A stretch of 63,999 bases of DNA, filler included, from Basidiobolus ranarum (Eukaryota), in the NCBI GenBank assembly GCA_040143965.1. It is 7 parts of 7 records of this genome, joined end to end, with 100 filler letters (N's around TTAATTAATTAA, not from the genome) between each part and the next. Parts side by side here need not be neighbours in the genome. Positions count along the whole stretch, not along the records: positions 18,393 to 27,480 come from JASJQH010000874.1; positions 27,581 to 36,662 come from JASJQH010000875.1; positions 36,763 to 45,839 come from JASJQH010000876.1; 4 more parts are not named here. The stretch is one strand, 5' to 3'. Shown piece after piece: positions 24,238 through 36,935 of the stretch; the first letter of the stretch is position 1, and each line of letters opens with the position of its first letter. The translations under genes and the position numbers were made by a program. The notes beneath the pieces were generated by a model. The model saw nothing but the letters and a program-made list of their open reading frames with translations. It searched no databases and was not told where the DNA came from.

Positions 24238-27200
24238 TGTTGAAATTAGTTAAATAGGAACTCCTTACTTAATAATCAACTTGTTAACTGTTCTGATTAT
24301 TTAGCACTCACTTCTGCCATTGAAAAATGTATGTATATTGATCTTATTGATAGAAATATTTATTAGATCACTTTGATCAATTCTCACTATTTTCTCAAAC
24401 CTTCTCCAAGTCACCTCAAGCTTTCATCCATGCTTTATAAGCATGCTTGTTTTGTTCTAAACATGTCAAATAGTCCCATTTTATACTGAACTGTAAGTAG
24501 GACAGAGTCAACTCAACAAAACTCTAGTATCTACTTCACAAATCCATTTCTTGTTCAAAAGAGTTCCAAAACCCCTAAACCCTGTTATCAGGCTATGAGC
24601 CCTGGGCTAGCTGTTAAAAGAATGTCTTCCTTTACTATTAACAACATTTTGGCCTTCACAGAGAAGTTTCATGGGGAGGACATCACCATTGAAATTCAAG
24701 AAAAAAGTGGTGTTAGAAGACCAGGACCTTGAAGGATTTGTTACAGGAAAAGAAATAGAACTAATGGGATGACTAGAAGCTTTCCTTGCATTTCACAAGA
24801 AGCAGAGGAGAGTATTTACTGCACTCTGTCTACAACTCAGTGACTATCAATTAAGGTTCATACACACAGCCAAAATTGTGCAAAATGCTTGGGAAACACT
24901 CAAGGGACTTTATGAGACTAAATGTCTGGCTAACAGGCTATATCTTTGATGAAATTTTTCTTTATTTGGACAACTTCTGAAGATTGTTTGGCTAATCATA
25001 TGAATTGGATAAACACTATGTCAGCTCAGCTCTTATCCATTGGAGCACCTCTAGATGTACAGATCATAATCATGACACTAATTAGGAGCCTGCCAGATAA
25101 GTTTGCGAACCTCATAATTGCCCCAGAACCAAGACCCAAGCCATTAAAAATGGAATATGTTTGTGCTAGGTTTTTGAATGAAGAATCAAGGATATCTAAT
25201 ACTCAGCAAAATAGTGAAGATTAAGAAATGTTTGGACTTGTAGAACATCCAACAGGCTTCAATAATGGTGGCCCTAACAGGAAATCAAACATCTGCAAGT
25301 CTTGCAAGAAACCAGGCCATTTAACCAAAGATTGCACAAAATGGATTTTTGCCAAAGATCTAAAATTGCAACAATTAAATTAAATAATCACTAATAGGGA
25401 ATATCTAATTGTGTATGCCCTATCAGTAACCACTAAGGAGGCCTCTCAAGCATGATACATTGATTCAGGAGTTTTCTAGCATATGTCAAATAAAAAAGAT
25501 TGGTATTCTAACTTATAACACATCCAAACAAGGAAAGTCTACTTAGGTGATGACTATACACTAGATACAAGTAGCTGAGGACACAGTTGTGCTTAATTTA
25601 GAGTAAAATCCTGCTACCCCATCTGCAAAATTTGTTGAAGTAGTCTATGTAGCAAATATGGCTAAGAATCCACTCTCAGTTAGCCTATCAACAGCTCAAG
25701 GACTTAGTGTTTTGTTCAGCCAGGCTGGATGCACTATCACAGATCATAATAATACCAAATTTGCTACTAGGAACAAAATCAAAGCTTATACAAGCTAGAA
25801 GTCAACCAATTTCATTCTAAGCATTCAAACTTTTGCCAATAATGGTTAAGTAGGCTGGCAACCATGGCAAAAGTAGTTAGACAATATTGGGGAGCAATAA
25901 GAGCCCGCATGATGGCTTGTTTCAAGATTAGAAGTTGAAAACAGCACCAACTGCCACTTTCAAGCTCTGGAGAGAACAAATACAATCAGAATTTTGCCCT
26001 GATTGATACTGACCTATGTGGGCCCACCAGAAACAACACACTTATGGTACCATATGACCTTTATTATGGACCAAAAAGATATATTTAGGTATTCTTTCCC
26101 AATTCAAAATGTGAAGACTAAACTATGCTCAAGCAATGGTAGAGAAGAAAGCAGCACATAAAATAAGGGTCCCAGGAAGTGATAATTGTGGAGAATACTG
26201 CTCTAAACATTTTGATAAGTTTTGCTCTATACACCAAATTCAGCAACAAACTACTATACTTTATGCTCCACAGCAATTTGGAGTTGCAGAACATCTTAAT
26301 AGGCTCCTATTGAAGTTGGCAAGGTCAATGTTACATGATCAACAGTTAGATTACCAATTTTGGGCTGAAACAGTCTCCATCACAGTCTATATCAAAGCAG
26401 AGGCCCAACAAGTTTGCAACAAAATTTTACTCCATTTAAAGCCCAATAACAATCAGAATCTAGTGTCAATCATCACATGATTCTTGGCAGCACAGCATGT
26501 TGCCTAATTACAGCTCAAAAAAGCTCTAAATTGGAACCCAGAAGCAGTAAATGCATATGGTATAGTTACAGGGATGGATCTCAGGGCTACGGACTGGTTG
26601 ATTCCAAAAAACAGAGTTAATTAAGGGCAGGCAGGTGATTACCAAACAAAAAGCAATTTTTCATCTCGTATCATAGTTCTTAATCCAGAAAATACAATCA
26701 GCACTGTTTAGGAAGTTTCTGACAAAATTGCAGCTGACCTTAGCCCTTGTTACCAAAATTGCAGCCCCATGACTTGAGAGGAAGATTAGGGACCAAGAAG
26801 ATCATCTGATTGGAGGTATCAGCCAGGAAACTGGTATAACACTTCCAATCATAATGTCTATGTGTATGCACCATTGTGTGACAAGCTACAGCCTCTGAAT
26901 CAAACTATGGAGTGTCCAGAGTCAAAATAATGGGAAAAAGCAATGCCTGATGTGTTTTATTCTGTACAGGATGATAAAACATCAGTTACAGTCCTTTAAC
27001 ATCAGGAAGAATCCCTACAGCTATCATATGGATCTACAAAGACAAAAATCAAGGTGAAGAAACCTTTGAAAGATTCAAAGCAAGACTAGTTGCAAAAAGT
27101 TATTACCAGACTGCATGAGTTGATTTTATTTAAGCATTGGCTCCAGTAGCTAATTTTAGCTCCACTTGATCAATCCTGGTGCTCTGAGTCATTTATACCT

Positions 27201-27480
27201 TGATTTCCTTCAAATGGCAATAAAAAGAGCTTTTTTAAAAGGAAATCTAAGAGAAGAGGTCTACATGGATCAACCAGATGGATTTGATGATCTAAAACAT
27301 CCTGATATGGTCTGTAAGCTGCCAAAACAGATATATGGACTCAAGCAAGCACCTAGGGCATGGTATGACCAGATAGATACCTGTTTGGACACACTTGGAT
27401 TCTAAAAATGAATAGCAGATCACAGTATTTACATCAAAACAACCAGAAATAGGATCCTTATCTGGGCACTATATGGGCAT
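24238..27480 (+). mobile_element. Decayed Ty1/copia retrotransposon: 5' LTR 24238-24590, PBS 24591-24602, gag-PR-IN-RT
   Basis: TGTTGAAATT...TTATCA LTR; GGCTATGAGCCC PBS; zinc knuckle CKSCKKPGHLTKDC (~25293); YIDSG; integrase SDNCGEY..F and YAPQQFGVAE; RT FKARLVAK, AFLKGNL.EEVYMDQPDGF, LKQAPRAW. Integrase lies before RT (copia order). Many stops and frameshifts. Confidence 0.92.
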
Positions 27481-27580
27481 NNNNNNNNNNNNNNNNNNNN
27501 NNNNNNNNNNNNNNNNNNNNNNNNTTAATTAATTAANNNNNNNNNNNNNNNNNNNNNNNNNNNNNNNNNNNNNNNNNNNN
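27481..27580. other. Artificial contig spacer
   Basis: N run with TTAATTAATTAA linker. Confidence 0.98.
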
Positions 27581-27679
27581 TTGACTAAATAATGTTGACT
27601 AACTAATATGCAATATATGAAATAGTTAGGTGTATAAAGATAGGGATAACATATATGATAAAGACAATAAACTTCAACA
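27581..27679 (-). mobile_element. Partial LTR (second LTR family) at the contig end
   Basis: Reverse complement of the starts of the repeats at 29448 and 36345 (TGTTGAAGTTTATTGTC). Confidence 0.7.
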
Positions 27680-29160
27680 GATGGGTGAATATTGTATTAA
27701 AGCCAATATCAATGTCTGTGTTTGTGACACTCCTGCAATCAGTAAACTTGGATGGTTTGGCAGGCTTAATGCACTATTGTGCTGTAGATTTTCTCAAATC
27801 AATGGAGTCTACTCAATAAGGCATACATATAACTAATATCCAAATACAAAACTAAACTCCATGATTTTACCATCAAGAGCCCAGTCAGATTTAACATGAT
27901 CACTGATATCAATTCACCAAATAGTCAGTCTACCATCAAACTTGGTATTAGCCATAAGTCTAAGAATAAATTGCTAAAGGGAATCAGCTGGAGCCAGAGC
28001 TTCCAATTAGGCACTATGCACTTGCTATTAAACAACATTTCAGCACTACTTACGCAGCTATATAGTGTAAAATTCAATTTTGCATGAGCCATTTGAGATA
28101 GAATCAAAGATGGTATCAAAAGGGAAGATGCTAGAAAATGTCAAGATACCATCATACTCTACCAGGACTCCCATCAATTATTTTAGGAAAACTGTCACAA
28201 TTTTAATCCATTTGGGTTTGATCATTTACTAACCATCATAAAATCATCAAGTTAGATTTGATTTTAATCAATTTTTTCAGTTTCAGGAGTGAAATTTCAA
28301 GATCTCATAAAGTAGTTGCACATGTTTGGCTACAATCTCAGAGAACTATGGATCATCACATGTGTGAAAATGTAACTCCAATTTTACACATTTACCACTG
28401 GAATGCCAATTTGTAATCATTAAAATCACCAGTTTCTTTGACATATTCTTGTGAATATTTTTTTAGAGCTCTTCACACCCCAGGTTTAGCTCATACCCAA
28501 CACCAGTTTGTATCAACATCTCCATCAAAGCCCACCATTGTATTAACATTGTTGAATGAACATTCTTCCAGCTATCTGGCAGATACCCTGCAATATTGTG
28601 CCACTCTATATTAAGTTCTTCCCAGATATCTGCATGGTCAACACCAGACTGAATGTCAAGTTGAATGTTCTTCTTCTGAAGCCACTTTCCACATACTTGC
28701 ACTGCATTTTTCCCTTCATACTTTTGAAAATACTCCTCAAGCACTTTCACCATTTTTATACATCCTTGTTGAGTGACATTACTGAGGGTGATTTGTGATA
28801 TTTGTGCAGCTTTTTGCTTGCCTTTCAGCTTGGGGCTAATTTCAACACTTTGAAAAGTACCAGTTGAGGTTGGAGAGCCATGAGTTTTATTTGCGGGTGT
28901 TTTGGCTTGTTGACAGGTGCCAGGTGTTAGATAAACTTCCAAATTTAGTACTCTTCCAGCTGGTGTACCTGGTTCCATGGTAGAGTTAAGCTTTTTTGCC
29001 AGTATATCTGATTCAGGAAATGCAGTCTTCCTAATAGTGTGTAGAATTTGGAAAGTGGGACAGTAGAGCCTAAACTCACTGGCTCCTTTGTTTTTCCCTT
29101 GGATTTACTACCTTCCTGCTCCTTGCATACTTCTTTAGCTGCTTTACTTTCCCTTAACAA
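27680..29160 (-). mobile_element. CACTA/EnSpm-like DNA transposon remnant, copy 1 (internally deleted)
   Basis: Homologous to 31030-31440 and 31910-32880, including the shared ORF ...QQAKTPANKTHGSPTSTGTFQSVEISPK... Confidence 0.7.
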
Positions 29161-29447
29161 AAAAAAAATTGATTTGATCTGGATTTGATCTGGATTGGAT
29201 CCACCCTTCTGAATAGCAAAACCAACAGAGAACTGTCACAATATTCATGGCTTTCAATCTCCCAGGGATTTTTATGGTGTGATGGCAGCTTTTTAATGGT
29301 ATTGTGATAGTATTCAAACATGTCAAAGTATTGATCCTGATATTTGGCATGTGTTATTAAATTTCCAGCAATTTTTGCAAAATCTAATTTTTGATAGGCA
29401 GAATAACAATTTTACTGCTATAGGAGTTTGAATTAATGTGCATGCCT

Positions 29448-29779
29448 TGTTGAAGTTTATTGTCTTCATCATATTTGTTATATGTATCTTTATACACCTA
29501 CCTATTTCATATATCACATATAGGTCTGTTAACACTACTTAGTCAAATATCACTTAGCTGAAAAACGGAACATATATTATATATAATTGTGAATAATGTG
29601 AGAATTAGCAATTCCATGTTGGAAATTTCAAACCCATCCAAATTGCCCCAAATATAGCCCATTTTACTCCCACAGATGTTCTGAACACAACCACAGTGTT
29701 AGTTTTCTGTGTTTCCACCAAAATGTATAAATGCTTTATTTCTGGACAATAAATAAGTATCTTACGGAAGCTATTCACA
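29448..29779 (+). mobile_element. Solo LTR (second family)
   Basis: About 330 bp starting TGTTGAAG, closely similar to 36345-36662. Confidence 0.7.
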
Positions 29780-29899
29780 ACTCCACTTTTGTAAGGTTCC
29801 TCCAAACAGCCCATGTTTTCCCAATATACCTTTATTTAAGTATTTATGGCATTGTATTCCAGCCATAATAAGAATCAAACAATACAAGAATCTTGTTAT

Positions 29900-32880
29900 G
29901 TTAGGTCTCTACTGTTGAAAGTCTGGTGACTTGTGATACAAGCGGTAATTCCCAAAGAGGAAAATATGGAGTATGGTGACTGTATCTGAACACAAAGTAT
30001 GCAGATACTTTGCTGATCAGACATAACTCAACAACTTCAAAAGATTTACCAGCAAACTAATGATGAGAAAATTGCTCAACATCTGGAATTTAGACTAGCA
30101 CTGACACTTGCATAGGGCTGACTCTTGTTACCATTCACAATGAGAATAAGCTCCTGGATTTTGGCAAATTTCCATAAAGAATTCAGCCAATATATCCCCA
30201 ACTTGCAGTCAACAAATGTCCTGCCACAGGTAGATGTGGCATTTCTTGAATAGATTACCCCATGGCTATAACTATAATACTGCATATCATATTATATCTC
30301 ACCAAGAAGTCTGTCTTGCAGCTTTCCTAGAAATACCTCCAGTTTATCACAGAAACAAATTAGGCTGAATTATAGAGGTACTTATTCTGAGTCCATGGAT
30401 TGGGCTTTATTGCTGTTATTGTGCTCAATCAATGCAAAAACCAATGGGCACATTGATAAGAGCCCTTTGTTGCAAGGTCAATATACTCTGGAGTCCCATT
30501 GATCCATTGCATCACATCCATCACTGATTTTGCTGATACATTGTTGATCAGATTAGCATATGGTAATACTGACAGTTTCACATGGAACATCATTTCACCA
30601 TAGGTGCACTCCATTGGGATCCCCCAGAATGTATAGCATGGGCCTATAATCTCTAAGCATTGAGAAAGATGCAGCAGGGAACATAGTGAAGACTGGCATA
30701 GATTCAGTTTATCTTGTTTAAAACTGTAATAAAGTTTATCATATCCAATTACAAAATCTTTGCAGAGTTGCTGTATCTGCATGATATTTGCCAATGTGAG
30801 TTGATGCTGTTAGAATATATTGACAATATCAACACACAGCTCCTAATGTGACCAATACTTATCAGGCAGAAATTTTTTCAAGATTCCACCTGACTATATA
30901 CAAATCCAATACTTCCAGTCTTTGCACTTGAATAAATGCCTAGATGAGTGGATATTGGTGGCAGTCCTGATAAAATATGATGGTATCTTAGCATTTTCAA
31001 GCATTTTCCCAATCAATTGATACCTTGATCCTATCTCAAATGGCTCATTCATATTGAATTTCCACTACCTGGCTGAGTAGTTAGTAATGGATTATTGCTC
31101 AATAGCAAGTGCAAAGTGTCTATTAGGAAGTTCTGGCTCCTGCTGATCCACTTTGGCAACATGATCTTAGGCTTGTGGCTAATACCAAGTTTGCTGTTAG
31201 ATTGACTATTTGGTGAATTGATATGAGCAATCATGGTGAATTCTGACTAGGCTCCTGATGGTAAAATCACGGAGTTTAGTTTTGTATTGGGATAGTAGTA
31301 TTGTATATGCCTGATAGAGAAAATTCCATTGATTGGACAAAATCTGTGGCAAGATAGTGATTTGTGCTGGCAAAAACCTCCAAGTTTACCAATAGCACGA
31401 GTGTCATACAATGATCATATCTTTAATAAAATATTCACCTATCCGAACCCCATTAGATAACTGTACAAATTCTGCAATCAAAGGTTCCAAGAAGCTATCT
31501 ATAAGCACTGGTGATTTAGGTCCAGATATGTTGGATAACAGCAAGATATTGTGGCACTTGTTCCATTCTGAAGGAGGAAGATTTAAGTTAATTGAATTAT
31601 TGGACAGCAAGCCTTTCCAATGGCATATATACATAGTGAGAAACCATCTGGAGCCAATGTAAATGCAAGATCATATGTTTACTCAAAGAAACCTTGACTT
31701 TTCAGATTCTGGTAGGGATATCCATCAAGTATATTGGTAATACCATCAGCTCTATGGTGAGCACTTTGGTATTGGGTCAATAATCTATATTTGGGAGATT
31801 TCATCCAAACTTTAAGATGGGGATTCAAAAGTATGTAAGCTGAATATGAATGATATTTATCTACTTCAGTGTTTGCCAACCCTAAAAGAAATTTGAGGAT
31901 TGTTATTGTAGGAAAACCATCACAATTTTAATCCATTTGGGATTCACCATTTACTTACCGCCATGAATTGTCAAGTTAGATTTGATTTTAAACAATTTTT
32001 TCAGTTTCAGGAGTGAAATTTCAAGATCTTGCAAAATAGTTGCACATGATTGGCTACAATCTCAGAGAACTATGGATCAACACATGTGCAAAGAATGTAA
32101 CTCAAATTTTACACAATTACCACTTAAATGCTAATTTGTCACCTTTGAAATCCCTAGTCTCTTTGATATATTCTCCTGAATATCTTTATAGAGTTCTTCA
32201 TACCCAAGGTTTAACTCATACACAACACAAGTTTGTGCAATATCTTCATCAAAGCCCACCATGAAATTAATGTTGCTGAATCAATATTCTTCTGGCTATC
32301 TGGCAGATATCCTGCAATATTGTGCCACTCTGTATTAGGTTCTTCCCAGATATCTGCACAGTCAACACCAGACTGAAAGTCAAGTTGAATGTTCTTCTTC
32401 TGAAGCCACTTTCTGCATGCTTGCACTGCATTTTTCTCTCCATACTTTTGAGAATACTCCTCATGCACTTTGACTATTTTTGTACATCCTCTTAGTGTGA
32501 CACTACTGAGGGTGCTTTGCAGTGTTTGTGTGGCTTTTTGTTTGCCTTTAACTTTGGGGCTAATTTCAACACTTTGAAAAGTCCCAGTTGAGGTTGGAGA
32601 GCCATGAGTTTTATTTGCTGGTGTTTTGGCTTGTTGAGAGGTGCCAGGTGTTGGATAAACTTCCAAATTTGGGCACTCTTCCAACTGGTGTACCCAGTTC
32701 CAAGGTGAAATTAAGTGTTTTTGCCAGTTTATCTGACTCTGGAACTCTAGATCTTTGTAATGGTGTGAGGAATTTGGTAAGTGGGACAGTAGAGCCTAAA
32801 ATCACTGGCTCCTTTGCTTTTCCCTTGGGTTTACTAACTTCCCGCTCCTTCAGTACTTCTTTAGCTGCTTTTCTTTCTTT
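29900..32880 (-). mobile_element. CACTA/EnSpm-like (Transposase_21) DNA transposon remnant, copy 2
   Basis: NLPPSEWNKCHNILLLSNISGPKSPVLIDSFLEPLIAEF and LHLSQCLEIIGPCYTFWGIPME match the fungal EnSpm transposase motifs NLPP..R....NI......PGP..P....FL.PL..E and H......GP....W.FPMER; interrupted by stops. Confidence 0.8.
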
Positions 32881-33959
32881 TCCAAGTTGATATTTGCATA
32901 CACTTTAGAGATGTTTCATGAGTAGGCCTATACTAGGGCATTTGCCATTTGCTTGCAAAAACCCAGGATAAGCCACATGAAAAAAGTCCAGAACTTTTGG
33001 AGTAAAGCCTGGTTTTTGGTTTTTCCACAATTGGCTCAAATCCAGGTGATATTAGGCAAGATTCCACACAATTTCCAAAATGTTAAACCACTCATCACCA
33101 GAGCAAGTGATGGCAGCTCTGACATTCAGAGTCTTTTGGTTTGCCAGTTTTCCTATAAGATTTGTACTTTCATGTGCCCAAGCAATTTTGGGTTGTTGTG
33201 TAGGCTTAATGGTCCAACACATATTCTGCTCTGCTAGATTGTCATGGTGATATTCATATATATGGTGTGGGATTGATTGAAATCCCATATGAGAATGGAA
33301 AGAGGGAGCAGCATATTGCTGTAGCTCAAGTACAGCATTCTGAAGGTCTTGTATCATTGTTGAGTAACTCTCTAACTGTTGACAAGTTGCTTCCAAACAC
33401 TGCATTAATTGTGGTATTGTGGTGTTATTGCTTGTCATGGCCTGTATAGCTACTTCATATTTTTTACTTATGGTTGCATACAAATCATTAAGGTGTTCTG
33501 CCTGCAATTCCCTTATTGTAATAATTCTATAGAGATAGATAAGTGAGTCATGCATCAGCTAAAGTCTTGGCAGTGATAGATCATTGGTTATGAATCTTGT
33601 GACTTATATTGACTTGTGTCAAGACAGATGACATAGAGGTTAATTCTGATTGTATATTCATCATGTGGTTGTTCCTTAGATCTGATAGAAGAGATACGAC
33701 AATAGATAGTTTGTTATGTGATAGGTCACCTGATATGATCACTGCATAAGGTCAGGTGACTAGTTAGCAATGATGAAAAACTAAATTCATATTCATGCAA
33801 GTTGTATAGATATGGCATAAGTTAAACAACTATTGATGTTGGTGCACAATAGTTAGGCTTTCTGAATCAAGTTCTATCAATTTGCATTGAGTCATCTGCT
33901 TGAGCTGTATTTTGTGTTAGATGGGAGGGAGATCTGAAAGCAGGTGATGAAGGAGAGAA

Positions 33960-35600
33960 TAAAGGAGCCATATTTCTTTGTTGTTATGTTTCAAACAATG
34001 GTTGTCACATTTAACTGCCTGATGGATAGTGTCAGTCAAGGTCACTGGGTCAGCCATAATGTGTAAAAGATCCTTAATGTTTTCTTGCAGTCCCTATTGG
34101 AATTGGTTGATCAGGGGAGATTCTCCCCAATTGAGATCACAGGCAAGAAGGTGGAATTCTGCAGCATAAGTCAATGCAGGTTTTGACCCTTGTTTAAGTG
34201 CATGGAACTTGGTGGCTGAAGTTCTTTCCTTATCTGCATTTGCAAATGTGGCTTCCACTTCAGCAAGAAAGGCAAGAAAGTTTGAAATAAGTGGAGATTG
34301 ACTTTCCATCAAAGAAGCAAACCAAGATAGAGCTGTTGCTGATAATAGTGTTCCAACTAAGCCTACTTTTGTGTGGTCAGAGGGGTAGTTTGTTAAAGGT
34401 TTTAAATTGGGTCTGAGAGAAGTTTTTAATTTGAGTTCATAGTTAGGTTTGAATTAAGATTTGAATTAAAGTTTTGGCGAAATAATTTTTAAAAAGTTTT
34501 TAATCTCAGATACAAATGTGGGTTATAAAAGCTTTTTAATCTTGGATACAAATTTGTTTTGGTTTTGGGTTTAAAAAGTTTCAAGCCAAGATCTGGCTGG
34601 GGTTTGGAATTAAGTATTAATTATAGTTCTTATTTGAGTTCTAAATTTAACTTGTTGCAAAAAAAATTCTAAACACTTTTTAATCTTGGATACAAGTTTG
34701 GTTTTGGTTTTGGGTTTAAAGAGTTTTGAGCCAAGATCTGAATTGGGTTTGGAATTAAGTTTTAACTATGGTTCTTTTTTGAGTTCTAAATCAAACTTGT
34801 TGCAAAATAATTCTTAAAAACATTTTAATGCTGGATACAAATTTGGTTAGGTCTTGAGTTTGAAAAGTTTCAAGCCAAGCTCTGAATTAAGTTTTAATTA
34901 TAGTTCTAAATTAAACTTGTTGCTAAATTATTTTTAAAAACTTTTTAATCTTGGATACAAATTTGATTTTAAAAAGTTTGTAACAAAAAAACAAATTAAG
35001 ATCTTATTCAAGTTCCAAATTAAAATTTGTACAAAATTATTTTTTAAAAAGTTTTTAATGTTGGATGCTAATTTGGTTTTGGTTTGGTTTCAAAAAGTTT
35101 CTAACAAAGAAACAAATTAAGATCTTATTCAAGTTCCAAATCAAAGTGTGTACAAAATAATTTTAAAAAGTTTCAAGCCAAGATCCAAATTGGGTTTGGA
35201 ATCAAGTTCTTCTTCAAGTTCCAAATTAAAGTTTGTACAAAATAATTTTAAAAAGTTTTAAAAAAGTTTCTAACAAAGGAACATTGTTAAACTATTTTAT
35301 GATAATCATGGGTTTTTAAAAATAAAGTAGTTCTAACATAGGTGATCAGTTGGAATCCTAAGAGTGCAATTAGCAGTTCCAATAGTGTTGTTGTGCATAA
35401 CTTTTATGTCTCCCACAAGTTTGCAAGCCCTCCTGTTAAGATACCCTGTAGCTGGATTCTCTACATGAGCAAGAGAAGCATGAAGTTCCTGATTTTCTTG
35501 CTGAAGCTGAGTAAGAGCTTACATGATATCTTCCATTGTGGGGGCTGGTTTAGACACAATAGCAACTATATTGGGAGGGGGAAGTTTTAAAGACCTAAAG
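33960..35600 (-). mobile_element. Ty3/gypsy gag remnant split by an insertion
   Basis: N-terminal MEDIM*ALTQLQQENQELHASL on one side of the insertion; YPSDHTKVGLVGTLLSATALSWF, LKQGSKPALTYAAEF.LLACDLNWGE and L.ENIKDLL on the other (Retrotrans_gag-like). Confidence 0.75.
34391..35338. repeat. AT-rich ~950-bp insertion built of degenerate tandem repeats, TGTTA...TAACA termini (solo-LTR-like)
   Basis: Recurrent TTTTAATCTTGGATACAAATTTGG / AAAAAGTTTCAAGCCAAGATC units; flanked by TAGTT / TAGGT (4/5 target-site duplication). Confidence 0.75.
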
Positions 35601-35929
35601 TTTCTCTAGGAATGATAATAACAATGCAATGTCCAACTTTCTATTGAAGAAATATTTGGTGCCTTGACAAAAGAATATGCTGGTAACAATGTCCTGTGAT
35701 CTTGATCAAGTAATAAAGCTTCTTTGATCAAAAGCAACTGTAAACTCAACTAGTAGTGTCTTGATAAGGATGTGCTTAGAGCAATTATCCAATGGTGGAA
35801 GGTATCTTTGCCTTAGCAGGGAAGCTTGGGAAAGCTGGGAAATAAGAGGGAAGCCAAACTTGGGGGTTTTGAGGTTGGAGAACAAGGATGGAGAGAAGTC
35901 TTCAGACAAGTGTAAGTAGTCTCATCACA

Positions 35930-36340
35930 CTGTCACAATAAGGAACTGGACAAGGACCGGAACCAACAACCAGAGGCTAGAAGGCAGGAGAGTGCTTGGG
36001 TGTAGACCACTAGACAAAACAAGACTGGACAGGGAGGATATTTTTGCAAGAATCTTTATCAATAACTGGCATTGCTCAGACTGAGGTCTGATCAAGGAAT
36101 ATTTGGGGCTTATATAGTTATTGCAGGGTGAAGCATAAAATACTGAATATGCAATATACTGTGGCAAGTTCAAGTGTTGAGGTGTTGGGGACTACAACAA
36201 CTTATACAAAGAGAGATGATGTAAAGATGATCAGGTGGGATGACATGATTGGTTAAGTTTCATGGACTGTTCCACAGAACATGACTTCCATATATGGTAA
36301 CCTGGATGAGCTAACACAAGATTGCCAAGAACGGATAACA
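35930..36340 (-). mobile_element. Probable gypsy 5' LTR
   Basis: TGTCAC...ATAACA termini, located upstream (minus strand) of the gag remnant. Confidence 0.4.
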
Positions 36341-36344
36341 AGCC

Positions 36345-36662
36345 TGTTGAAGTTTATTGTCTTTATCATATTTATTATCTCTATCTTTATACACCTAACT
36401 ATTTCATATATCACATATAAATTAGTTAACTTTGCTTAGTCAAATATCACTTAGCTGAAAATTGGAACATATATTATATACATATGTGAATAATGTGAGA
36501 ATTAGCAATTCCATATTGGAAATTTCAAACTCATCCAAATTACCCCAAAGCTAGCTCATTTTACTCCCACAGATGTTCTGAACACAACCCCAGTGTTAGT
36601 TTTCTGTATTTCCACCAAAAAGTATAAATGCTTTATTTCTGGACAATAAACAATTATCTCAC
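36345..36662 (+). mobile_element. LTR (second family), cut by the contig end
   Basis: Direct copy of 29448-29770. Confidence 0.7.
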
Positions 36663-36762
36663 NNNNNNNNNNNNNNNNNNNNNNNNNNNNNNNNNNNNNN
36701 NNNNNNTTAATTAATTAANNNNNNNNNNNNNNNNNNNNNNNNNNNNNNNNNNNNNNNNNNNN
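36663..36762. other. Artificial contig spacer
   Basis: N run with TTAATTAATTAA linker. Confidence 0.98.
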
Positions 36763-36764
36763 AG

Positions 36765-36935
36765 GATACTAGGACATCGTTCTCTCGTCAACGGCACCCT
36801 TACAGCTCGTCTGATTTGGCCAGTTTAGACTCCAAACGGTCCTCTATCAATTCAGGAATACATTTTGAACCCGTGTCTCCAATAAGAAGCATGGATGTAT
36901 ACAGCCGATCTGATAAGGAGTATTTAGATAATTAG
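36765..36935 (+). CDS. Probable 3' end of a gene truncated by the contig start
   Basis: Open frame DTRTSFSRQRHPYSSSDLASLDSKRSSINSG...YLDN* with gene-like CpG content, followed by AT-rich sequence. Confidence 0.45.
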   Translation, partial: DTRTSFSRQRHPYSSSDLASLDSKRSSINSGIHFEPVSPIRSMDVYSRSDKEYLDN

